A DNA stretch of 64,000 bases. It comes from a virus. Lineage: Duplodnaviria; Caudoviricetes. The stretch's first letter is position 1; each line of letters starts with the position of its first letter. This document shows positions 53,318-61,724 of the stretch, piece after piece. The stretch lies in the IMG/VR virus record IMGVR_UViG_3300032007_000010; one strand, written 5' to 3'. The position numbers and the translations under genes were made by a program. Below the pieces are notes generated by a model. It was not told where the DNA came from. It made no database searches and saw nothing but the letters and a program-made list of their open reading frames with translations.

Positions 53318-53937
53318 TGGACCTGCGCAGGAAAATGCATAGCAGGTCATCCATGACGCTCGGATTCGTATGCCCAAAGTGTCACTGGTATCAAACTGTG
53401 CGTGCCAGCGCCCACATGACCTATCTGGCATCGTCCGAAGAAACTCAGACGACTCCGAAGCTTGATCTGACCAATGTCATCTACGACTGTCCCCATTGTT
53501 CACAGCGCATGCGTCGTGTGAGTTGGTACATGGCTCCCCAGATCGCAAAACTCCTCGAACTATCCAATGTGGATGCGGATAATTGCAGAACCGAGTACGA
53601 CAGCATCAAACCCAACTCGCACTATCCGGATAAAGCGCTGGTGACCTTCCCATCGATCAGCATCGAAGATACTCACATCGGGCTGTTGGCTCAGATCGCA
53701 GAGAGGCTAGCGGATGAGCCGAATTACACGCAGCGCATCTATGTGCGGAATACTCACGTATATGATGATCTCACACTGCCATACATCAGCCTCGAGATTG
53801 GCATGTATGGAAGTGACATCATCTCCTATGATGTGAAGGATGCGCCGGCGGTGAGACAGAAACATCGGGAACTATTCATGGGATTCCTGAATGAACTCAT
53901 CAAGAGATACGAGGAGGGACTGAACAATGGAAATTGA
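53317..53937 (+). CDS. Zn-ribbon-containing hypothetical protein
   Basis: CPKC...CPHC; AGGAG RBS. Confidence 0.7.
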   Translation: MDLRRKMHSRSSMTLGFVCPKCHWYQTVRASAHMTYLASSEETQTTPKLDLTNVIYDCPHCSQRMRRVSWYMAPQIAKLLELSNVDADNCRTEYDSIKPNSHYPDKALVTFPSISIEDTHIGLLAQIAERLADEPNYTQRIYVRNTHVYDDLTLPYISLEIGMYGSDIISYDVKDAPAVRQKHRELFMGFLNELIKRYEEGLNNGN

Positions 53938-54505
53938 ACGCAAGTGGCTCATAAAACCGGAGTGGAATACGATCATGATGATCAATCATCCGTCCATCGA
54001 ACCGATTCGTATCTCCCATGTAGAAATCATCTACCTGTCGGTGGACCCCTACATCCGTGCGCGGAGATCGTATACCATCTGGAACAAAGGCAAAGAGAAT
54101 CTCAAGGAGCCCAACTGCAAACTCACCTACAAGGGAACCGGAACATTGTCCCGCGAGGAGGTTGAAACTCCCATCGAACTGCAGTTCTTCCTCATGATGA
54201 AGCAGTTGCTCGGCGTTGCGCCGATCATCAAGGAGCACAATGTTTACTCCATCGATGGACAGGACGAACCGCTCGTGATCATGGATGTCGATCGTGGCAC
54301 ACCGACAGCATTTAGCTACGCGGAGCTCGAGTTCGAAACCGAAGAACTGGCCAGGACCTTTGAATTTCCCTGGCCTGAGATCGTCGAAAGAGATGTCACC
54401 GAGGATCCATATTACAAGATGAACCACTATTGGAAACGCACCAGGCTCGATGGCACGAGAGCCGCGTCCAACGGTTGTGAAGCCATGTCGATGGACGTGG
54501 ACTAG
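53927..54505 (+). CDS. CYTH-domain (triphosphate tunnel metalloenzyme) protein
   Basis: MEIERKWL, R.R, LTYKG...SREEVE, AELEF, DVTEDPYY. Confidence 0.9.
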   Translation: MEIERKWLIKPEWNTIMMINHPSIEPIRISHVEIIYLSVDPYIRARRSYTIWNKGKENLKEPNCKLTYKGTGTLSREEVETPIELQFFLMMKQLLGVAPIIKEHNVYSIDGQDEPLVIMDVDRGTPTAFSYAELEFETEELARTFEFPWPEIVERDVTEDPYYKMNHYWKRTRLDGTRAASNGCEAMSMDVD

Positions 54506-54510
54506 AACGG

Positions 54511-54542
54511 AGAAACGGAACCTTCGGGTTCCGTTTCTTTTT
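54511..54542 (+). terminator. Rho-independent terminator
   Basis: AGAAACGGAACC-TTCG-GGTTCCGTTTCT plus T-run. Confidence 0.9.
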
Positions 54543-54565
54543 CCCCTTCAAAGGCGAAAATCGCT

Positions 54566-54577
54566 GACATTTCTATA
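54566..54577 (+). promoter_or_regulatory. Class II promoter
   Basis: GACATTTCTATA. Confidence 0.72.
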
Positions 54578-54606
54578 ATGAACACAAGACAGCAGGAGGT
54601 GCGTCC

Positions 54607-55779
54607 ATGTTTGACAATAACTTCATTCTTCAGGAAGCCTTGGCGAATGTCTTTGATCCCACACCGGCGGTGCAGGAGATCAAGAAGGCACTGAACACCT
54701 GTACCCTCACAAAGTTTCGTTCCCAGGATTCCTGTGCAAACTTCTATTCCAAATTTTTCATGAATAGTCTCGAGCTCAAAGATGAGCTCAACTTTCCGAA
54801 CTGGATCCAGATCTATCAGACCCTGCTTTCGGACCGCAGATTCACCGAAAATCTGAGCCTGTACATGTCATTGTATCACCCACGGCAGTATCTTGGCATG
54901 TTCCAATCGTTGGTGAATCTCATGGATGTCGAGGTCGGCGAAACAAAGGTCAAGATACGCTATCTCTCCGACGCCAAAGCATTCTTTGTGCTGCTGCAGA
55001 ATAGCTTCGAATCGATCACCGCGACGGTGATTGCCCAGACCAATGATCTTGAGGCCATGAAATTCTGTTCCATCGTTCGCAGTGTTTTGACCTCGAAGAT
55101 TTTCTACATCAATGAGCTCATTCGACGTGTCATCGACGAGAATCATGATCCAAACGATATCACGATCATCCACGACTACATGAGCTCCCCGCTCGACGAG
55201 GACTGGCAGGAACTGTTTTCGATGCTCGAGCATGCGGATGAGTACATCGAAAGATTTCGTGGAGAAGTTGTCGTCACCGAGCAAGATATGCTTGACGAGG
55301 GCATCGTGTCCAAGGCCGGAGAGGCGATGAAGACCGCCGGCATCGAAGCCAAGAAAGCCGTGCGCATGTTTGACGAGCTCTGCATGAAGGCCTACCGCAA
55401 TGCTGTCGCAAAGCGCCAGCAACGCAAACACTCCGAGATGGTGGGAGAGTCTCTGCGTATCAACAACGAGCTCAAGCGCATACTCAAGGTTCTTCCGCTG
55501 AGCTTGCTGGGGCCGCATGGTCCGGTGCTCGCAATCATCGCATGGGTCATCTCGATCGTGGTGGATCGTGCCACCGATCAGAAAGACCGCAACGTGCTCA
55601 TCGGTCAGCTCAAGGATGAGATCGAGATCGTCGAAGAGAAGATCCAGATGGCAGAACGCAACGGTGATGATAAGGCAAAGATCGAGCTAATCAGACTTCG
55701 TCAGAAACTTGCGCGCGAATACGAACGCATCAATCGCATACCCTTCCAGGGAACGCGACGCAATGGCTATAACCGCTGA
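54607..55779 (+). CDS. Probable virion head protein
   Basis: Class II promoter; LQEA/VTEQ/LDEG motifs; hydrophobic helix plus C-terminal coiled coil; head gene cluster. Confidence 0.65.
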   Translation: MFDNNFILQEALANVFDPTPAVQEIKKALNTCTLTKFRSQDSCANFYSKFFMNSLELKDELNFPNWIQIYQTLLSDRRFTENLSLYMSLYHPRQYLGMFQSLVNLMDVEVGETKVKIRYLSDAKAFFVLLQNSFESITATVIAQTNDLEAMKFCSIVRSVLTSKIFYINELIRRVIDENHDPNDITIIHDYMSSPLDEDWQELFSMLEHADEYIERFRGEVVVTEQDMLDEGIVSKAGEAMKTAGIEAKKAVRMFDELCMKAYRNAVAKRQQRKHSEMVGESLRINNELKRILKVLPLSLLGPHGPVLAIIAWVISIVVDRATDQKDRNVLIGQLKDEIEIVEEKIQMAERNGDDKAKIELIRLRQKLAREYERINRIPFQGTRRNGYNR

Positions 55780-55795
55780 GAAAGGAGGACGAACG

Positions 55796-57181
55796 ATGAA
55801 CAGCAACACAAACTTTTTGTTTCAAGCATTGTACGAGCAGCATCTCGGCGAACCGACCGAGAACAATGCTCTGAACGAGGCCGGCGAAGAGGATGCGGCG
55901 ATGGGGGATGCCACCATGCCTGGCCAGGCCCAGGGACAAACCAACGCAGCAAATGATCCTCCTCCGCCTCCGGAGCTCGGTGGTGATGGTGCCGCGCAGA
56001 ACGGTGATCAGGGAGCGGACCCGATGGCCGACCTCGAAAACTTTTCCATGGATCCGGATGGGACGAACGAGGAGGAAGAGGATCTTCCGGAACATCCCGA
56101 TGGTCTTCCCGAACCAGACGAGATTGGGGATGGAGGCACCGGAGAGAATAACCTCGACGGCGAGCTCAATATCCATTACAATATTCTCCAGCTTTCCAAG
56201 ATGGACCGTCTCATGGCGAAGCGCAAGATGTACAACGACTATCAATCGTTGCGCACATCCATCCGTGCTTTCCAGCACGTCATCGATGAGAACGAGGTAG
56301 CCATCGATGCTGATATCAGAGAATATGCCCGCAACAAGGCAACCTATCTGTTTACGACTCTGACCGACTACGTCACCTACAAGCTTTCGTACACATCCTA
56401 TGAAGATAACCTCCAAAACTTTCTCATGTTTTCCAAGGCTCTCAACGACCTCATGCTCTTTGTGAACAATCATGGCAACAATCGGAAAAATGAAGAGGAA
56501 GCTCAGCACCGGGCCGAAGATTTCATCTCCGACAATTCCAAGGAACGCACGGCTGCACGCCTCGATAGGGAAGCACAGGAGAAGGACGAGCAGGATCTCG
56601 ATGACATGAGCCCCGATGAGCTTGGCACCGAAGAGGAAGAATCTAGCGACGTGCTAGACTCCCTCGATGATCATCTTGATGCGGTGTCCGATGAGGTCGA
56701 AGCCGAGAATGGTGAAACCGCCGAAGAAACACCAACGGAAGAAGAGGGAGAGACTGAGGAAAACCCCGAGGAGACATCCGAGGAACCGGAGTCGGACATC
56801 GAACTCGGTGAGGTCGAAGACATCGGTGAACCCGAGGACATTGATCTCGATGATCTCGAGTCAGAGGATATTGGCGAAGAGCCGGACACTGACATCGAAG
56901 AGATCGAGGAGCCGGACAACGAGCCAGATGATACCGACATCGATGAACTCGAAGAGCTTCCGGATGAGGGCCCAGACACCGACATCGAATCCGATGAGAT
57001 TGATCGAGAGCTCGAAGCGCTGGATCTCGAGGATCTCGATATTCCCGATTTCGATGAGGAGGAAGAGGACATCGAAGGAACGACCCGCAGAGAATCGACA
57101 CGGAATCGCCGCGAACGCAAGATCGAGGGAGAAGGAAGCGAGGATATCGATATTCCAGACTTTGACATCGAGGGTATCTGA
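55796..57181 (+). CDS. Very acidic head/scaffold-like protein
   Basis: AAAGGAGG RBS; ALNEA motif; long D/E tail with repeats; directly upstream of the capsid gene. Confidence 0.65.
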   Translation: MNSNTNFLFQALYEQHLGEPTENNALNEAGEEDAAMGDATMPGQAQGQTNAANDPPPPPELGGDGAAQNGDQGADPMADLENFSMDPDGTNEEEEDLPEHPDGLPEPDEIGDGGTGENNLDGELNIHYNILQLSKMDRLMAKRKMYNDYQSLRTSIRAFQHVIDENEVAIDADIREYARNKATYLFTTLTDYVTYKLSYTSYEDNLQNFLMFSKALNDLMLFVNNHGNNRKNEEEAQHRAEDFISDNSKERTAARLDREAQEKDEQDLDDMSPDELGTEEEESSDVLDSLDDHLDAVSDEVEAENGETAEETPTEEEGETEENPEETSEEPESDIELGEVEDIGEPEDIDLDDLESEDIGEEPDTDIEEIEEPDNEPDDTDIDELEELPDEGPDTDIESDEIDRELEALDLEDLDIPDFDEEEEDIEGTTRRESTRNRRERKIEGEGSEDIDIPDFDIEGI

Positions 57182-57216
57182 GCGTATCATTTTATAAATA
57201 TGCAATGAAAGTTCAT

Positions 57217-57228
57217 AACAACAATATA
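57217..57228 (+). promoter_or_regulatory. Class II promoter with a ~150-nt structured leader
   Basis: AACAACAATATA; leader contains the CCTGGGAG/CTCCCAGG stem. Confidence 0.75.
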
Positions 57229-57381
57229 ATGGACGATTTTTGGTAATGGATTGCGTGTTCTATTAACGAAATATCGTTCCAGGCTGCCTGGGGAGTGTAT
57301 CCTCCCAGGGGTACGCTCATACAACATAGCTGTCCAGACCCATTTTTACTTTTAATTTTCATGAAAGGAGGCTGCGTAATA

Positions 57382-59043
57382 ATGAGTGCACTGTTTGGTG
57401 GTACTAATAAGAGCCACGACATCATTGACATTGTTGCCAGTCTGCAGAAGGGCACCAAGGCCATCTGCAACGAGAGCGTCGCCGGTACGGACGTCTCTGA
57501 CATCCAGATCAAGAATATGGCCGATAACATCAAGGACCTCATGCTGGAACACTACAGCAAGATTCTCCCCGATGAAAAGTTCGAGACCATGCTCCAGGAA
57601 GATGCTGACTCCGTCAGCCAGATCTTCATCAACAACCTGGCCGAGTCCAAGAACTCCCTCAACGAGTCCGCGTCTCTGCCCAGCCTGGTCACCCTCACCG
57701 CGTCCATCGCCACGACCATGCGTACTCCGTACGAGGCCGTGCTGCATCGCCTCTTCGACACTCGTACTCTGGACAAGCAGACCGTCGAGATCGAGGAGGT
57801 CATTCCGACCATCAAGGCTCCCGGCGAGGACCGCGAGGAGGACCTGATCGACGCGCTGGCTCCCTATGCGCCCACTCCGTTCGTTGATCGTACCGAGATC
57901 GAGGTCGAGACTCTCACCGGTGGTCTGGTTCCCGGCGCTGCCTGCAAGAACCTGCCTCTGCTCGAGGGCAAGAACCCGCTCTTCAAGATCAACCGCGATG
58001 TCCGCATCACCAAGATCGACGTCGAGATCGATGGTGTGGCCGTTCCCGAGGAGAAGATCTCCATGGCGAAGGGCACGACCCCCTATTTCGATGCGAAGAA
58101 CAACACTCTGAGCTGCGTGTTCGACGTCAACGCCGACTCCGGCTTCACCACCGTGACCGTCGATGCGAAGCTCGACTTTGATCGCAGCATGATGGTGTCC
58201 CTGCATGCCGATGAGGCCGTCAAGAAGGTTTACTTCTATGCGACCGTGAATCATCAGGAGCACACCCACCCGATCTACACGAGTTTCCGCAACAACTTCA
58301 CGCAGTTCATCGTGCCGACCCGTCCGCACATCGAGATCAGCCTGCCGCAGGAGATGCGCACCGATATCGCGAACAGCATTCAGCACTTCGCGAACACGGA
58401 CATCATCACCGCCATGACCGAGAACATCACGGTGATCAGCTCCCGCATGGAGGATCAGCGCCTGAAGAAGTGCCTGGACGAGGGTCACGAGTTCGAGGCC
58501 ATGTTCCCGTTCGATGCTCCCGGCTACTTCGCCTATGGCAACCTCGAGTGGATCCGTCGCGAGTTCATCCCGTTCCTGGATCAGTGCGCGCTCAAGATGA
58601 AGAACGACTGGAACATCACCGACTGCCACTTCCGCGTCGGCGTCAGCCCCTACATCCTGCGCATCCTGGATACGGACTACACCATGGACAAGAGCCTGAG
58701 CGAAGAGAGCAAGGGCAGCGGCGTCATCAACTACAGCATCGGCTGCAAGACGTCCACCAGCACCTTCTACTTCATCAGCTCTCAGCAGATCAACGACAGC
58801 ACGCTGCAGATGCTGCTGATCCCCAACAACTTCACCAACAGCCAGGTCAAGACCTACAACTACTTCAAGTACAGCTCTTTCCTGACTGACCAGCTCCGCC
58901 GCGCGGACAACCATGCGCAGCCCGCGATCGTCTACAGCGAGCGCAATCTGCCCGTGGTCTTCCGCCCGCTCAGCACTGTCTGCACCATTGACGGCATGCC
59001 CGTTGAGAAGGAAGACGGTACGCGCTGGATCAAGCGTGTCTAA
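57382..59043 (+). CDS. Probable major capsid protein
   Basis: Among the strongest codon bias in the window; own class II promoter and terminator; N-terminal propeptide ending near SLNE-SA; near the protease and head genes. Confidence 0.7.
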   Translation: MSALFGGTNKSHDIIDIVASLQKGTKAICNESVAGTDVSDIQIKNMADNIKDLMLEHYSKILPDEKFETMLQEDADSVSQIFINNLAESKNSLNESASLPSLVTLTASIATTMRTPYEAVLHRLFDTRTLDKQTVEIEEVIPTIKAPGEDREEDLIDALAPYAPTPFVDRTEIEVETLTGGLVPGAACKNLPLLEGKNPLFKINRDVRITKIDVEIDGVAVPEEKISMAKGTTPYFDAKNNTLSCVFDVNADSGFTTVTVDAKLDFDRSMMVSLHADEAVKKVYFYATVNHQEHTHPIYTSFRNNFTQFIVPTRPHIEISLPQEMRTDIANSIQHFANTDIITAMTENITVISSRMEDQRLKKCLDEGHEFEAMFPFDAPGYFAYGNLEWIRREFIPFLDQCALKMKNDWNITDCHFRVGVSPYILRILDTDYTMDKSLSEESKGSGVINYSIGCKTSTSTFYFISSQQINDSTLQMLLIPNNFTNSQVKTYNYFKYSSFLTDQLRRADNHAQPAIVYSERNLPVVFRPLSTVCTIDGMPVEKEDGTRWIKRV

Positions 59044-59104
59044 TCCATTTAGGCGCTAACCATCTCTTGTGCTTGATTGGATTAACAAATCTGCCTGAAC
59101 AAAG

Positions 59105-59135
59105 ACACCCCTCCCGATTTTGGGAGGGGTGTTTT
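59105..59135 (+). terminator. Rho-independent terminator
   Basis: ACACCCCTCCC/GGGAGGGGTGT plus T-run. Confidence 0.85.
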
Positions 59136-59139
59136 CGTC

Positions 59140-59150
59140 CATATATCATA
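59140..59150 (+). promoter_or_regulatory. Class I promoter
   Basis: CATATATCATA. Confidence 0.72.
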
Positions 59151-59170
59151 GCACAGAAGGAGGTTTCCGC

Positions 59171-59329
59171 ATGGAATCTAAAAAGGTTAAAATAGCCAAG
59201 AAGCATGCTGAGATGTTAAACAATATGGTCCCCGAGAGCATGATCAGACCATATCTCACCATGACAGATCCTGACGTTGATCCCAACGAGGTCGTACCGG
59301 AAGCATCTGGTCGACCGAAGTTCATCTAA
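59171..59329 (+). CDS. Small hypothetical protein
   Basis: AAGGAGGT RBS; own promoter and terminator (59345-59367). Confidence 0.7.
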   Translation: MESKKVKIAKKHAEMLNNMVPESMIRPYLTMTDPDVDPNEVVPEASGRPKFI

Positions 59330-59390
59330 TTTCCCATCGCACAAGGAACCCGATCGGGTTCCTTTTTCCGGTTAGATCCGGGTTGGTAGC

Positions 59391-59401
59391 TATATACCAT
59401 A
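59391..59401 (+). promoter_or_regulatory. Class I promoter
   Basis: TATATACCATA. Confidence 0.7.
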
Positions 59402-59444
59402 TTGATGAATCCAAGGAAATTAACATCTAGGAGGATCATAGATC

Positions 59445-59777
59445 ATGACAAAACGAGAAATTAGAGAGCACGAGTGTTTCTTGATACCGAAACACATCTT
59501 CAAACAGGAGGTATCTTTGCTCAGATCAATGCGTCGATTCGGCGAGTGTTACCAGCTCGATCGCTATCCCACCTTCGACGCGTATATCGGAACCGACAAG
59601 CCGCACATCAACATGATCGTCGAGCGCGGCAGACTGTTTCCGGAGCAATACTTCTTCATCACCGTTGACGGTGATGATCATTTCTTCCAGGGGTATTATC
59701 ATGGCGATGCGGTATTCTACCAAACAAACTCATGCACGGAGGCACTGGATGATGGGACAGTCACAATGTCATACTAA
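59445..59777 (+). CDS. Hypothetical protein
   Basis: AGGAGG RBS. Confidence 0.7.
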   Translation: MTKREIREHECFLIPKHIFKQEVSLLRSMRRFGECYQLDRYPTFDAYIGTDKPHINMIVERGRLFPEQYFFITVDGDDHFFQGYYHGDAVFYQTNSCTEALDDGTVTMSY

Positions 59778-60087
59778 TAGCACTACGATCTGGGAATATC
59801 ATGGCATCTCATACACGATTGGATCGGAGCGTACCTTTGTGATATCGACCGATAATACGAGAAAGACCAAACCCTTCGGTCTCATATCACAAGAGTTTGA
59901 CATTGAGACATTTGTCAGGGAGCATGCGGACAGCTTCGATCATAACATGCTGGTCATCTGGGCACGCATCATTGATATGAAGATCGACCGTCGAGGCAGA
60001 GTCTATCCCATCGTTAAACCAATCACAGCCTTCGAGCGTCAAACGCTGGAGCGTTGTGGAGCACTCGACATATTAGAAGGAGAATAG
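59749..60087 (+). CDS. Hypothetical protein
   Basis: GGAGG RBS; operonic. Confidence 0.6.
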   Translation: MMGQSQCHTNSTTIWEYHGISYTIGSERTFVISTDNTRKTKPFGLISQEFDIETFVREHADSFDHNMLVIWARIIDMKIDRRGRVYPIVKPITAFERQTLERCGALDILEGE

Positions 60088-60089
60088 TC

Positions 60090-60548
60090 ATGGGAAGGAA
60101 AAGAATCGTGGACAGACCAGAGCTTGATGTCATTCGGGAGCACATGCCCATACCGACCATCGAGTTCACCCTCGGTTTCGAGGAGTTTATCAGGTATCAT
60201 CGGTTAGCTCCATACAAGTATAGGTTATACCGCAACGGCGTGGTGTACAACGACGTGGCAACCGGCACTGTTCGTCATTTCGGTTTCACCGGTGGAAAGG
60301 ATCTCCATCGTTATCGTCGATGGATGACGATTCGGCGCCGAGAACAGAAAAAGTATGCGGAAGCCATCAAACGGGAACACGCTGCCCGGGCAAAGTACGA
60401 CTTCATCCACAACGAAGTACAGCGCGACATTGATGCCGAGGCACAGCGGGCCGAGGACTGCCTCAATCAGGCGTGCTCTATCTTCGAGGAAATCAAACGG
60501 CTCACCAAGCTAAGAAAATCTTTGAGAGTAAGGAGTAATGTTCAATGA
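60090..60548 (+). CDS. Hypothetical basic protein
   Basis: AAGGAG RBS. Confidence 0.65.
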   Translation: MGRKRIVDRPELDVIREHMPIPTIEFTLGFEEFIRYHRLAPYKYRLYRNGVVYNDVATGTVRHFGFTGGKDLHRYRRWMTIRRREQKKYAEAIKREHAARAKYDFIHNEVQRDIDAEAQRAEDCLNQACSIFEEIKRLTKLRKSLRVRSNVQ

Positions 60549-60742
60549 TCGAGAAGTTTCTCAGTGTGGCCATCAGGCTACTCTACGACGATGCGCGCGA
60601 AGACGCCGAAGCACTGCTCAACGATGGTGAATTTGAGTATAACTTCGTGGATGGCCAGACGCTCATGGTGCAGGAAGATGATGCTCAGGAGATTCTGGAG
60701 ATTCTCCAGGAGTCCAACATCGATTGTAGGTTTATCTGGTAA
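60545..60742 (+). CDS. Small acidic hypothetical protein
   Basis: AAGGAG RBS; ends at the terminator at 60751-60782. Confidence 0.65.
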   Translation: MIEKFLSVAIRLLYDDAREDAEALLNDGEFEYNFVDGQTLMVQEDDAQEILEILQESNIDCRFIW

Positions 60743-60795
60743 CGCACCCAAAAGAAGACACCCGCCGGGGTGTTTTCTTTTTATATGAAACCAGC

Positions 60796-60807
60796 GACAC
60801 ATCTATA
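60796..60807 (+). promoter_or_regulatory. Class II promoter
   Basis: GACACATCTATA. Confidence 0.7.
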
Positions 60808-60856
60808 ATATCCAGGCCTGAGTGCAATCATTTGGAACAAAGGAGGATGTATCGAT

Positions 60857-61699
60857 ATGCATCTTTCTCAGCAGGAAGTGGCAAACATTGCCAACCGAGA
60901 TTTCATCCTCGGAAATACCACGGTGGAGGAACAGATCGACTTCATCATCGATCAGATCAAGCATCCGTTCGACAGTGGAGACTCGAACTATTTCAAAAAG
61001 CTCGCGAAGATGGTCAACGAGGACAAGCTCGATGCGATCTGCCTCGATCTATTTCGTCAGATCGAAAACGTATACCCACATTTCGAGGTCGATGTCGAAA
61101 ACACCGACGCGCACATTTCCGAATACTTCGAAGCTGTCTACAAATTCTTCGTGCGCAACATCCAAAAACTCACACGCATCTTTCTTCGCGAGTACATCGT
61201 TCACTCGGCGAAGCATCGCAAAAATCTCGTCGAGGAATACATGGATGCGAAGATCCCCAACTATCCGAAGGAGCAATACGGAACCAAGGAGTTCTACATA
61301 CTCATCACAAAGATGCCATCCATCGTGCGCGACGTCTTCGAGAATGACATCCGTCTCGAAAAGTTCATCGACTACATCGAACGCGCAGATAAACATCCGC
61401 TATACTTCAAGGTGATCCGAGACATGCTCGATCGAGGCATCCTCATCGACTACCACATCGTGTCTGATATCTACGAACAGTTCCGCGATTCCGATCAGTA
61501 CGATCGGTCCATGTGCAAGCTCCAGATGACCGTCACCGACGATCTCATTAACCCATATCTCGAGGACAACGGTCTCATGGATCTCAAGAATCCTCCCATC
61601 ATGGAGATGGAAGATGATGATGTGGATGGCGAGGATGATGACGATGACGACTCCAACATCATCGTCGAGCGAGGACCAACCGAATCGGATCTGGACTAG
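60857..61699 (+). CDS. Hypothetical late protein with an acidic tail
   Basis: AAAGGAGG RBS; class II promoter. Confidence 0.8.
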   Translation: MHLSQQEVANIANRDFILGNTTVEEQIDFIIDQIKHPFDSGDSNYFKKLAKMVNEDKLDAICLDLFRQIENVYPHFEVDVENTDAHISEYFEAVYKFFVRNIQKLTRIFLREYIVHSAKHRKNLVEEYMDAKIPNYPKEQYGTKEFYILITKMPSIVRDVFENDIRLEKFIDYIERADKHPLYFKVIRDMLDRGILIDYHIVSDIYEQFRDSDQYDRSMCKLQMTVTDDLINPYLEDNGLMDLKNPPIMEMEDDDVDGEDDDDDDSNIIVERGPTESDLD

Positions 61700-61724
61700 A
61701 GATCCAACAAAGGAGATTAACACA

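Noticed and set aside
56640-57181. Repetitive DNA as a CRISPR or tandem array
   Set aside because: Imperfect repeats explained by an acidic low-complexity protein tail; no repeat-spacer periodicity.
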